Source: Octopus vulgaris
Lineage: Eukaryota
Length of the DNA: 64,000 nt
Assembly (NCBI GenBank): GCA_951406725.2
Contig: OX597823.1
Span: 114,142,001-114,206,000, forward strand
Direction of reading: 5' to 3'
Under the pieces are notes generated by a model. That model had not been told where the DNA came from and did no database searches. It saw nothing but the letters and a program-made list of their open reading frames with translations. This document shows positions 47,038-59,044 of the stretch, piece by piece; within the stretch, counting starts at the first letter, position 1; each line of letters starts with the position of its first letter. Made by a program: the position numbers and the translations under genes.

Positions 47038-47693
47038 ACATCCTTACAAACAAAATGTGTCCTTTCTTCTTTTAACACTTTAATGAGTGGTTCAATGGTG
47101 ATCTGGCTGCTATTCCTAGTTGCTGCTCTGTCAAAACCTATCCAAACTCATTCAAAGTTGACTAGAAAAGATCGAAAACATGTATAAATAACTGCAAAGA
47201 TTGTGGAGATGAGGGGAATGAAAGTCAAGTGCAGCAATATTTAATCAAAATGTCGGTGTCTTATAAAATGCTGCGACGTATAACCGAGCCGCATTCTTCC
47301 ATTTTGTTGATCTTGTGTTTTATATTATTGTCGTTATGCTAGGAGTTTGTTTCGATTCCTTTAGCTTATTCTTAGGAATGGTCATTCGAGGTATTGAATG
47401 TTCCCACATTAGTTAAAAATATTTTCTGTTTTACGCTTTTGGAGAAAGAATTTAGTAAAATGCGTTTATTTCAAATGGAAGAATTATTAAAGATGTCGAG
47501 CATACAAGCAGTCGAAACAATAATATGTTCGTTAAATCAAAAGCACAAACTCGAGGACTTTACTAAATTCCATTCATCACACAGCTTAACAGCACTACAT
47601 TGCCTTCGAATGGTTTAACATACAAACCACTTAATAGCAAAAAAATGCAGACTGTCTCTTTGTCTGAGAACAGATTCCTCTCTCGCCTGCGCC

Positions 47694-47725
<32 letters not shown>

Positions 47726-47833
47726 TGTATGTATGTATGTATGTATGTATGTATGTATGTATGTATGTATGTATGTATGCATTATGTATCAATCTATCTG
47801 TCTATCTATCTATCTACCTACCTACCTACCTAC

Positions 47834-47929
<96 letters not shown>

Positions 47930-47991
47930 ATATATATATATTTACGTCTGTGTGTACGCTATGTATGTATGTACGTTATGTATGCATTATG

Positions 47992-48024
<33 letters not shown>

Positions 48025-48111
48025 ATGTATGCATTAATATATATATATCTACGTCTGTGTATAAGTTATGTATATATATACGTTATGTATGCATTATGTA
48101 TATATGTATGC

Positions 48112-48147
<36 letters not shown>

Positions 48148-48204
48148 ACATATATATGTATATATATATATGTGTGTGTGTATGTATGCATTGATATATA
48201 TATA

Positions 48205-48252
<48 letters not shown>

Positions 48253-48967
48253 CAAGAAAATTGTGGAAAGGTTACACTATTCTAATTTTATCACCGCTTA
48301 GCTGAGCTTGATTATTGCCATCGAAGAAAAGAAGATATGTGTATTTTATGTAAAATGCGTAGAAATAAACCAAAATATTAAATAAGAATGCAATAAGGAC
48401 GAAGCCTCATGTCATAACCAGATCTTATTCGAACGATTTTCGCATATACATCCTCGTCGTTGGCCACTGAATGTAATTATACTCTAACGCTGTCGAAGTT
48501 AACATTAATAATAGTGTCTGAAAATATCTCACAAATCTATAACGAATATCATATTCAAGAATGACGCACGGCATCATGTAAAATTTGCTCAAAAAAATAT
48601 GTCTGTATAAGAAAGTATATCTCTGTAATTATGAATTTCTATGTAGGGAAGAATTATTGTTCAGGAAAGTATTTTTATACACAATGGCTGTTTCGGTTCT
48701 GATCACTGAAATTTGGTGTATCCGCTACTGAACTGGCAAAAAATTATACGCTGAAGAACGGGACCATTATCATTTCGAATGAGGTGTATCATATCAGCTT
48801 TAAATGAAAAACACTCCGAAGAAAGAATAATTTTATAGATCAAGCAATATTAATCAAGAATTTAAATCCTCTATCGTTATAGATCTTGTAATTAGTGTGC
48901 AAGAAAAATGTTACGAAGATCAACGTGTCTGAATTAATTACTTCTCTATAAACACTAATTTATTTTT

Positions 48968-49383
48968 AAGGCGGCGAGCTGGCAGACACATTAGCGCGCC
49001 GGGCGAAATGCTTAGCGGTATTTCGTCTGTCGCTACCTTCTGAGTTCAAATTACGCCGAGGTCGACTTGGCTGTTCATCCTTTCGGGGTCGATAAATAAA
49101 GTACCAGTTGCGCACTGGGGTCGATATAATCGACTTAATCCGTTTGTTTGTCCTTGTTTGTCCTCTCTGTGTTTAGCCCCTTGTGGGTAGTAAAGAAATA
49201 GGTATTTCGTCTGTCGTTACGTTCTGAGTTCAAATTCCGCCGAGGACGACTTTGCCTTTCATCCTTTCGGGTTCGATAAATAAAGTACCAGTTTCGCACT
49301 GGGGTCCATGTAATCGACTTAATCCCTTTGTCTGTCCTCGTTTGTCCCCTCTATGTTTAACCCCTTGTGGGTGATAAAGAAAC
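48968..49383 (+). mobile_element. SINE family A partial dimer bounded by one TSD
   Basis: A full unit runs to 49202, then a head-less unit follows. TSD CACTAATTTATT starts at 48953 and 49391. Confidence 0.9.
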
Positions 49384-50175
49384 ATATAAGCACTAATTTA
49401 TTGTATTAATTAAGACAAAGATTTCATTGAAAAGAATTATCTTTTCGACCGAAAATGTTTCACATTAAGCTTCGGCGCGCTTAGAAATCCCGATCCATCA
49501 GTCGAGAGAATCGTATATTCTCTGCAGAGTTTACAACACTATTACGTATTTAAATCGGTGTAGGAATATATGCTGATTCAGAGATAACTAATCCATATGT
49601 TCTACGGTGTATTGCCTAATCTTCCAGCGATCATTTGAATATATTTTACATTCTAAGTGATAAATTGCCAATGTGTACAGTCATCCACTCAGATACAATT
49701 CCTTAGAAATTATTCCTTCACTAACGGCACTAAATTAGAAAATATTTGGACGCCACAATTCCCAAACTTCATTGCCTGGAAATCTCATCTTCCATCACTA
49801 TTTATATAACAAATGCATAATATACACTGTCAATATATTATATTATTAGCAATTTATTGTAAATTCCCAAATATCAGTAACAGAGATGAGTTAGATGTAA
49901 CGTATTGTTATATGGAATATATTTAATCTCCCTCTCCCTCCGATATTTTCCCGAATTAACACGCATCCAACCAATAGGTATAATCTCCCGATAATTCACA
50001 CAATTATGCGCATGCTGTGTCCAGTTACCTCATCTGTACATGTACAAGTATCTCCCTTCTATATGTATTTCCGTCTCTCTCCCTCATTCCTATTTACCAT
50101 TTCATAATCAACTCACGCATTTTATCTATCTGTTGTCGTTATACATATATATGTGTGTGTGTGTGTTTGTGTGTT

Positions 50176-50206
<31 letters not shown>

Positions 50207-50211
50207 GTATG

Positions 50212-50244
<33 letters not shown>

Positions 50245-51318
50245 GTGTAGAGAAAGAAAGTGATACAAGTAGGTGTGTATGTGTTAGGTTCATGTGTACA
50301 TATACGCACACGTACATATGAATGCATGCATGTATGTGTAAATATACATATATAAATCTTAGTGCTTGTGTGTGTATTTATATCTACGTATGAAGTAGAG
50401 CTTTATTTTGCTCAGTTCTACTGAATCCCTCTCCATCTTAATCTTCTTCATTTCATAAATACACATTTATTCCAATACTCTTGATCAATCTCTTTCTATA
50501 AATATCTATCTGTCTATCTATCAATGTTTCTTTCTATCTATCTATCTTCGTCTATTAATGTTGCTTTCTATATCTCTGCATCTATCTCTGCATCTAACTA
50601 TCTGTTTATCTATCTATTCTTTCATTCTCTCCATCCCGGTAGTTTAATACTCTGCTTTTTACGTAAGCCACCGCAACTATACAATATCTCTGGTACAGAC
50701 TAATTGTCCAATAAATCATATACAATATTTCGAATAATTCATTAAATCATTGCTATTTCAGTCGAATGCCAATGATCTATAATGAACAGGAATTATTCAA
50801 AGATTCCAGATATATGCAAACCTTTCTTATTACGGAAATAGAAGGCAGGATTAATTAATTATTTCACTAATTTAAATTAATTCACAAATCTTACGATCAT
50901 CAACTTGTATATACATCCACACACGTAAACACACGCACGCGCACACATGTACATAAATTTACTCGCATAGTTAACGGCCTTCCCGTATAGAAATGCAAAT
51001 ATGTGAGTATTTGTGTGTATCCGTATATCTGTATGCTTGAACGTATATAGAGGGAGAGGAGAGCATATGTGTACGTATATAAGCATTCGTTCGTGTTTCA
51101 ATGAATTTGATTGATATTATGCTACGACTTCGGATTGCAAAGTATCACAGTTCGAATAAAACCGTTGAACTTTTACTCAGTTAGATTCTCCTTTAATTGT
51201 AGCTAAACCTCGAATGTTATAATGGAGATCTGTGCATTGCTTGCGGGAATTCTCCTTTAACTGAAGCTAATCATAGCCAATGCATGTGTTTTGTTTGTAA
51301 GTGTAAGTATATCTCACT

Positions 51319-51795
51319 CTCTTTTATTCTTTTACTTGCTTCAGTTATTTGTGGCCATACTGGAGCACCGCCTTTAGTCGAGCAAATCGATCCCAGGACT
51401 TATTCTTTGTAAGCCCAGTACTTATTCTATCGTTCTCTTTTGCCGAACCGGTAAGTTACGGGACATAAACACACCAGCATCGGTTGTCAAGCGATGTGGC
51501 GTGGACTAGCACAGACACACAAACATATACACACACAAACATATACATATATATATATACATACTTACATACATAAATATATTTATATATACACACATAC
51601 ACATACATATATACATATACATACATATATACGTCGGGCTTCTTTCAGTTTCCGTCTACCAAATCCACTCACAATGCTTTGATCGGCCCGAGGCTATAGC
51701 AGAAGACACTTGCCCAAGGTGCCACGCAGTGGGACTTAACCCGGAACTATGTGGTTCGCAAGCAAGCTACTTACCACACAGCCACTCCTATACCT
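51319..51795 (-). mobile_element. SINE family B
   Basis: Reverse-complement match to 19544-19924. Confidence 0.9.
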
Positions 51796-52218
51796 CTGTA
51801 GAACTTTTGTGAGGTTTGTCATGAACGCTAATCGTAACATGGAATCCGGTACAATCTGTTGCCTGATCGGGTCGTCGGCGACTAAACCCAGCACGACTGG
51901 AAACAAGACTTGTCAAAATGAAGGATGAAAATGGTGTAGGTTCAGCGTCGGTCTAGTATCAGTATAACCAGTAAAAAATTCCGGGTTGGTATCTGGAATG
52001 CTAGAAGACCGTTCAGAGTGAGGTGCATTTCAGCTTTTGTTAAAGCATTTTTCTTGTAGAAGGTCACTGATATAAAACCAGGTACGCAGGTAATAACTTT
52101 GGGCCTTTGGGGATATTTTGCTTGCACTGGATATCATGGTACTCCCATCATGGTGCTTCAATTCTCTTGAGCATGCGATCCCTATCGGTAATAGATATTT
52201 CGCGTCAGACTGACTCTT

Positions 52219-52271
<53 letters not shown>

Positions 52272-52275
<4 letters not shown>

Positions 52276-52405
52276 GTTGTCCCAAAAGTTCGTAAACACT
52301 AGCGAAAATTGAATTTTTACTCGCCAAGTACTAACAAAAACAACAAAAATCATTCCTCAAAATAAAGACCATTATTTTCCAAGACTTTCTACGAACTTTT
52401 GGGAA

Positions 52406-52411
<6 letters not shown>
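52272..52411. mobile_element. ~140 bp Tc1/mariner-type MITE in (TA)n
   Basis: TIRs TAGGTTGTCCCAAAAGTTCGTA and TACGAACTTTTGGGAAACCTTA. Confidence 0.85.
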
Positions 52412-52475
<64 letters not shown>

Positions 52476-53009
52476 CCAAAGTGTACGTACGCCGCTATAT
52501 TTTTATATATAAATAATACAAAAATAAGACAAGAACGCAAAACATCCAGATAGTTCAGTGAATCAAGAAAGGGACAACAAAACATCTAAACAGACGATAC
52601 AAAGAAAATAAAGACGGGTATTTGAGATTTCTCTTTCCTCAGTCGTGTTCCAGATAATCTTTGCAATTTCGGCTTCTTATACTCGAGATTGCTCCAGTCT
52701 GACCAGCTCCAAAGAAAAACTATGGTAAGAGCACTAGATTCATTGGAAGAAAGCAGCGAATGTATATGAAAACAAGGACGGAAAAACGACGGAGAAATGG
52801 TACACAAATTCGTCCTGAGTCTTTCGACTAAGGATGAATTAAATTAAGCTGGCGTGTGTGGAAGTAAAGCCTAACGGCAGGGACATGAGGTTTGACAGTC
52901 ACAGGGAGGAATATAGATGTTGCACGGATGGTAGTCGAACCAAGAAAGGAAGGTGAGGCTTGTATATATGTATATGTATATACATATATACATATATATA
53001 TATATATTT

Positions 53010-54050
53010 ATAATTAATCAATATAGGGTAGCAAAAAAATTCAGCAGAAATTATTTTGCTACCAGCGGTCTAGTGAGAAAAAAGGAAATAGTCAGAGACT
53101 ATTTATAAATTCAACAGCAAAATTAAGGAACGGCCATAATAGGCTGTTCAACCCACTAGAAATAACAGCCAAGGCCTCAACCGCAAAATAGTAGTAATTC
53201 CGTGAATCAGGAGAAAATTAAAAAAACATTTACCCTGTTTCACTTTATACAATGCATTGTTTCATCGTTTTTTAATGGTAAATCAGCCTGATTAAATTAA
53301 ATCAAGCTAATCTTCCATAGGCCAACAGATTCATCAGTAAAGTAAGCCAGGAGGGAGAGATAATTACACGAGGCAGCACCACTACCGCTTCCGCAATATC
53401 TAACCTAAAATTTTCAAAATCATCGTACTCGCGCCAATTTTATCGGCAGCAAATATAAGCGGCCGATTCCATTTCGGAATTAAACAGAAAATTCATAATT
53501 AATCAATATAGGGTAGCAAAAAAAATCAGCAGAAATTATTTTGCTACCAGCGGTCTAGTGAGAAAAAAGGAAATAGTCAGAGACTATTTATAAATTCAAC
53601 AGCAAAATTAAGGAACGGCCATAATAGGCCGTTCAACCCACTAGAAATAACAGCCAAGGCTTCAACCGCAAAATAGTAGTAATTCCGTAAATCAGGAGAA
53701 AATTAAAATAACATTTACCCTGTTTCACTTTAAAAATTGGCGCGAGTACGATGATTTTGAAAATTTTAGGTTAGATATTGCCGAAGCGGTAGTGGTGCTG
53801 CCTCGTGTAAATATCTCTCCCTCCTGGCTTACTTTACTGATGAATCTGTTGGCCTATGGAAGATTAGCTTAATTTAATTTAATCAGGCTGATTTACCATA
53901 AAAAACGATGAAACGATGCATTGAAACAGGGTAAATGTTTTTTTTAATTTTCTCCTGATTTACGGAATTACTACTATTTTGTGGTTGAGGCCTTGGCTGT
54001 TACTTCTAGTGGGTTGAACGGCCTATTATGGCCGTTCCTTAATTTTGCTG
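53010..54050 (-). mobile_element. Hammerhead-containing non-autonomous retroelement (retrozyme/PLE-like): 485-bp period, ~1.5 units plus inverted copy, in (TA)n
   Basis: Direct repeats 53010-53247 and 53495-53732 (offset 485). 53733-54050 is the reverse complement of 53115-53441. No ORF. Confidence 0.85.
53240..53345 (-). ncRNA. Type I hammerhead ribozyme with extended stem II
   Basis: Minus strand reads ACUUUA-CUGAUGA-[67-nt hairpin AUCuGUU...AACGAU]-GAAA-CAA-ugca-UUG-UA^UAAAGU. Core is intact, stem I has 6-8 bp and stem III is palindromic. Confidence 0.85.
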
Positions 54051-54125
54051 CTATATATATTTATATATATATATATACATATATATATAAATATATATGT
54101 ATATACATATATATATATACATATA

Positions 54126-54205
<80 letters not shown>

Positions 54206-54233
54206 CAAAAATAAGCAACAAGAATGAATCCGG

Positions 54234-54327
54234 TAATTTAGTACAATTGTTTCATACTACAACATTTTATTAAAAGCTGTAAATATTACAGCAGATTTAA
54301 TATGTCGAGTTCTCTTCAGCTAATTTA
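54234..54327 (-). ncRNA. Second type I hammerhead with extended stem II (different sequence family)
   Basis: Minus strand reads UAAAUUAG-CUGAAGA-[long hairpin]-GAAAC-aauu-GUA^CUAAAUUA, with a few stem mismatches. Confidence 0.7.
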
Positions 54328-54471
54328 TATAGGTTTTCCAATAATATAAAGTTCTCAGATCAATTAGTAACATCTCAGGGAAGGTAAATATACAGATAAA
54401 GATGTAGATATGAATCTCAGGAACATGAGGTAGTGTAGTTCATATGCGAACCAGACCAAAACTAAGTTCAC

Positions 54472-54625
<154 letters not shown>

Positions 54626-55387
54626 GCATAAAAGCATTCAGAGGGAGAGAAAGAATGGGAAAGGGAGGAAAAGATGGAGGAAAAGAAGGCCATGTGGAAG
54701 GACGCGTATATGTTCCTGCGTGCAGCTGAATGTTTATGAGACATGTTGGTATCTTGCAAGTTCAATTTAGTACTTTCAATTATTCTTAAGGGCATATAAA
54801 CTCTTTTTCTTTGAAATACAAAGGATAACCATGAATTAAATTTTAAAATCATATAAGAATTTGGTGTTTATTCTTGGCATCTTCCACTTTTTCACCTGTT
54901 ACACATTTATTTCACTACTCCCCACCCCCTTACTGCTGTTTTCATATCTGCTTGAATGTTTTCATAAATCTTTATTCATTCAGCTTTCTCTAGTTCTAAG
55001 CTGGCGTTAGGATTAGTGAACACGCAGAAGAGTTTGGCAGCAAATTGCCATTCTGAAGCAACTTAGTACATAACATCATATTTATACGAAATAGAACACG
55101 AGTTGAGCTATGTTTAAGATGTACAACTCTCGGCTGGTTTTACTTCTGTGCCTACCTTCCCTAGTAAAACGTACCCAGCTTTGGACTTCTTTTTAACCAG
55201 AAGGCCGTAGGGTTGACATTTCAATGATTTTCACGTTTTAATCGAAACCATCACCAACACTGGTGATGTTTTAGTTGAGATAGTCTATGGAGTATCTTTA
55301 AAATACGAACCAGTCATCAGCTTTGATTTACACAAACATTCTTTGAAAAATATGAATCTTGATATAAATATGATGTTGCCTAATTAA

Positions 55388-55990
55388 GGTGTCGGGATGT
55401 CAGAATCGTTAGCATTCCGGGCGAAGTGATTAACGGTATTTCGTCTTTCTATACGTTTTGAGTTCAAATTCCGCGGAGGTCGACTTTGCCTTTCATCCTT
55501 TCGGGGTCAATAAATTAAGTACCAGTTGCGTACTGGGGTCGATCTAATCGACTGGACCCCTCCCCAAAAACTTCGGACCTTGTGCCTAGAGTAGAAAAGA
55601 ATATATTTTTAGCACACTGGGCGAAATGCTTAGCGGTATTTTCGTCTGTCTTTACATTCTGAGTTCGAATTCCGCTGAGGTCGACTTTGCCTTTCATCCT
55701 ATCGGGGTCGATAAATTAAGTAGCAGTTACGCACTGGGGTCGATGTAATCGACTTAATCCCTTTGTGTGTCCTTGTTTGTCTCCTCTATGTTTAGCCCCT
55801 TGTGGGCAATAAAAAATAAGAATTGTTAGCATGCCGGAAAAATACTTAGCGACATTTCGCCCGTCTTTACGTTCAAAAACCACCGAGGTTGACATTGACT
55901 TTCATCTTTTAAATACTAGCTGAATACTGGAAACGATATAAGCGACAAACTCCCGGCCCTGGACTTGCTGGCAGTGTGCCAAAATTTGAA
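55388..55990 (+). mobile_element. Tandem cluster of three family-A-related SINE units with two tail types
   Basis: Units start near 55388, 55608 and 55820. Tails are CCTTGTGCCTAGAGTAGAAAAG and TTAGCCCCTTGTGGG. Confidence 0.8.
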
Positions 55991-56856
55991 TACAGTAATA
56001 CATTTTTGCTTTATACCAGTTCAGCCCACGCTCTCCAAGATCACTCTTTTTACTTCTTTCAGACTTAGAACAGTATTATTTAACGTTTGTCTCTCTTTCA
56101 TGAGACAGTAACGCGTGATTCGTGGAACATTTGACTGCTATTTCCAGCAGCGATAGACACAACTTAGTCGCTGATAACTTTGGCGGTATGTATTGATAGA
56201 TTAATCTCATTGCGTTTATCTTCGATTTTCTCTGGCATAACTGACGTCCCGCTGGAGTTAATTTTTATCATTCACATCTCCTAGGTGTTAAAATATAATA
56301 ACAGTAATACATCAATTTCAAGTACAGTGGGTAGAAGGCCATCTATAACAGCAATATATTGCTTATATTTCATGGCCTGTAATTCACAACTCTAATACAT
56401 TCATGTACCTATGGAGATGACATACAAGGAGAAGCTTGTTAATCATTCTATCCAGAATATATCCATACATTAACCTGATTGCCAGTTCTCAAAGATTGTA
56501 GAATGAAAAGAAAGAATCGTATGTTGCCGCCACAGAAGCTGGTAAATCTACTGGCGAGAAAGTAATATAACGATAAGGACGCAGATCGTAATACCACATT
56601 TACTTATAAAGCTTACGTGTTCCGTTCGTGATTGAATGATTAAAGAAATTCACTACCAATCCGAGCGATTTTAAGCTTCAGATCATAACCAAAGACAATA
56701 GACAAGTGTCTTAACTTAGTCACGGAATGCCTATTATATCTCTGTAGGTGCGTGTTTGTGTGTGTGTGGGCGGGGTACACGGAAATATATAACATGTGTG
56801 GTGCTTTCCATAAAAATTAACTTGACGTTGTCTCCCAAACGTTGTCTGATAAGGAA

Positions 56857-56891
<35 letters not shown>

Positions 56892-56894
<3 letters not shown>

Positions 56895-57121
56895 TTATGG
56901 CTGCCCCCTCGTTATCGAGTATGGCCATTGCACGAAGCTTAACTGTTGCTGGTGCTGTGATCGAACGTGACTTTTTAGCCCAGCTAAAGATCTACAATGT
57001 CTTGTACAAAATTGGCAACTAAAATCTTTACTGGTTTTAGTTGCCAATTTATAGCCGGCTGTAGTTGTAACTGGGCTTCATGTACCTTTGCATGTCGTTT
57101 AAGTCCTCCTGCCGAATTACA
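56892..57121 (-). mobile_element. RTE-like LINE 3' end with C2H2-type fingers, in (TA)n
   Basis: Minus translation CNSAGGLKRHAKVH and CQFCTRHCRSLAGLKSHVRS, followed by a short 3'UTR. Confidence 0.65.
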
Positions 57122-57311
57122 TACATATATATATATATATTGATAGATAGATATATATATATACATTTAAATTTAAAATAATAAGGGTGAAAAATTGAAT
57201 ATTTATTTCATTAATATCAATTTAAAAACAGTCGTCTAACATATTGAAAAATCTGAAAATTCTGAAATATCTGAAGATTCAGAAAAGATTATATTGCATA
57301 CATATAAGGGG

Positions 57312-57487
57312 GATGACCACTAAGTGGACATTCATTATGCTGGAAGTAGGCTCACTATGGTCTTACCACTAAGAGAGGATTGCTCTCAAGAAAATTTAAC
57401 CAAATTTTCTTGAGAACAATCCTTTCTTAGTAGTAAGACCATAGGGGGGCTACTTCTAGCATAATGGATGTCCACTTAGTGGTCATC
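57312..57487. repeat. Near-perfect palindrome, ~86-bp arms, 4-nt loop
   Basis: GATGACCACTAAGTGGAC...AAGAAAATTT aacc AAATTTTCTT...GTCCACTTAGTGGTCATC. Confidence 0.95.
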
Positions 57488-57583
57488 TCACTTTTATATA
57501 TAGATTCAAAATGTGACCACGTGTGTACCGTTGGCGATTATTTTTCCTCCGTCTTCCCTTCTCTGGATCTTTCCTTTTCCTAT

Positions 57584-57618
57584 GTTTCTGACGAAGAGCT
57601 CTGCTCGAAACGTTAATC
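57584..57618 (+). ncRNA. Minimal type I hammerhead in a PLE-like terminal repeat (~57500-57720)
   Basis: gttt-CTGACGA-a-GAGC-tct-GCTC-GAAACGTT-aatc, with palindromic ACGU stem III. Confidence 0.7.
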
Positions 57619-57715
57619 CCTCCTTCTTCCCTTCCTTCCTGAGCGTCCAATAACACTATATTTGTTCCACGTCCTCGTGTTGTTATGTTTTCTCTTTGTG
57701 TTTTCATGTTTGGAT

Positions 57716-57805
<90 letters not shown>

Positions 57806-57934
57806 TCTGTCTATCTATGTATCCCTCTATCTCTCATTATTTATATTCTTTAATTCATTTATAAATTTCAGCGCTTAGCCTGTGGCCGTGCTGAAACACA
57901 CGCGCACACGCGCACACACAAACACACACACACA

Positions 57935-58010
57935 TAGATACATACATACATACATACATATATACATACATGCATACATACATACATACATGCATACATA
58001 CATACATACA

Positions 58011-58042
<32 letters not shown>

Positions 58043-58132
58043 CATACATACATACATACATACATACATACATACATACATACATACATACATACATACA
58101 TACATACATACATACATACATACATACATACA

Positions 58133-58166
<34 letters not shown>

Positions 58167-58308
58167 CATACATACATACATACATACATACATACATACA
58201 TACATACATACATACATACATACATACATACATACATACATACATACATACATACATACATACATACATACATACATACATACATACATACATACATACA
58301 TACATACA

Positions 58309-58340
<32 letters not shown>

Positions 58341-59012
58341 CATACATACATACATACATACATACATACATACATACATACATACATACATACATACATA
58401 CATACATACATACATACATACATACATACATACATACATACATACATACATACATACATACATACATACATACATACATACATACATACATACATACATA
58501 CATACATACATACATACATACATACATACATACATACATACATACATACATACATACATACATACATACATACATACATACATGCATACATACATACATA
58601 CATACGTACATATATACATACATTCATACATACATAGATACATATATACATACATTCATACATACATACATACATACATACATACATACATACATACATA
58701 CATACATACATACATACATACATACATACATACATACATACATACATACATACATACATACATGCATGCATACATACATACATACATACATACATACATA
58801 CATACGTACATACATACATACATACATACATACATACGTACATACATACATGCATGCATACATACATACATACATACATACATACATACATACATACATA
58901 CATACATACATACATACATACATACATACATACATACATACATACATACATACATACATACATACATACATGTACATACATACATACATACATACATACA
59001 TACATACATACA

Positions 59013-59044
<32 letters not shown>

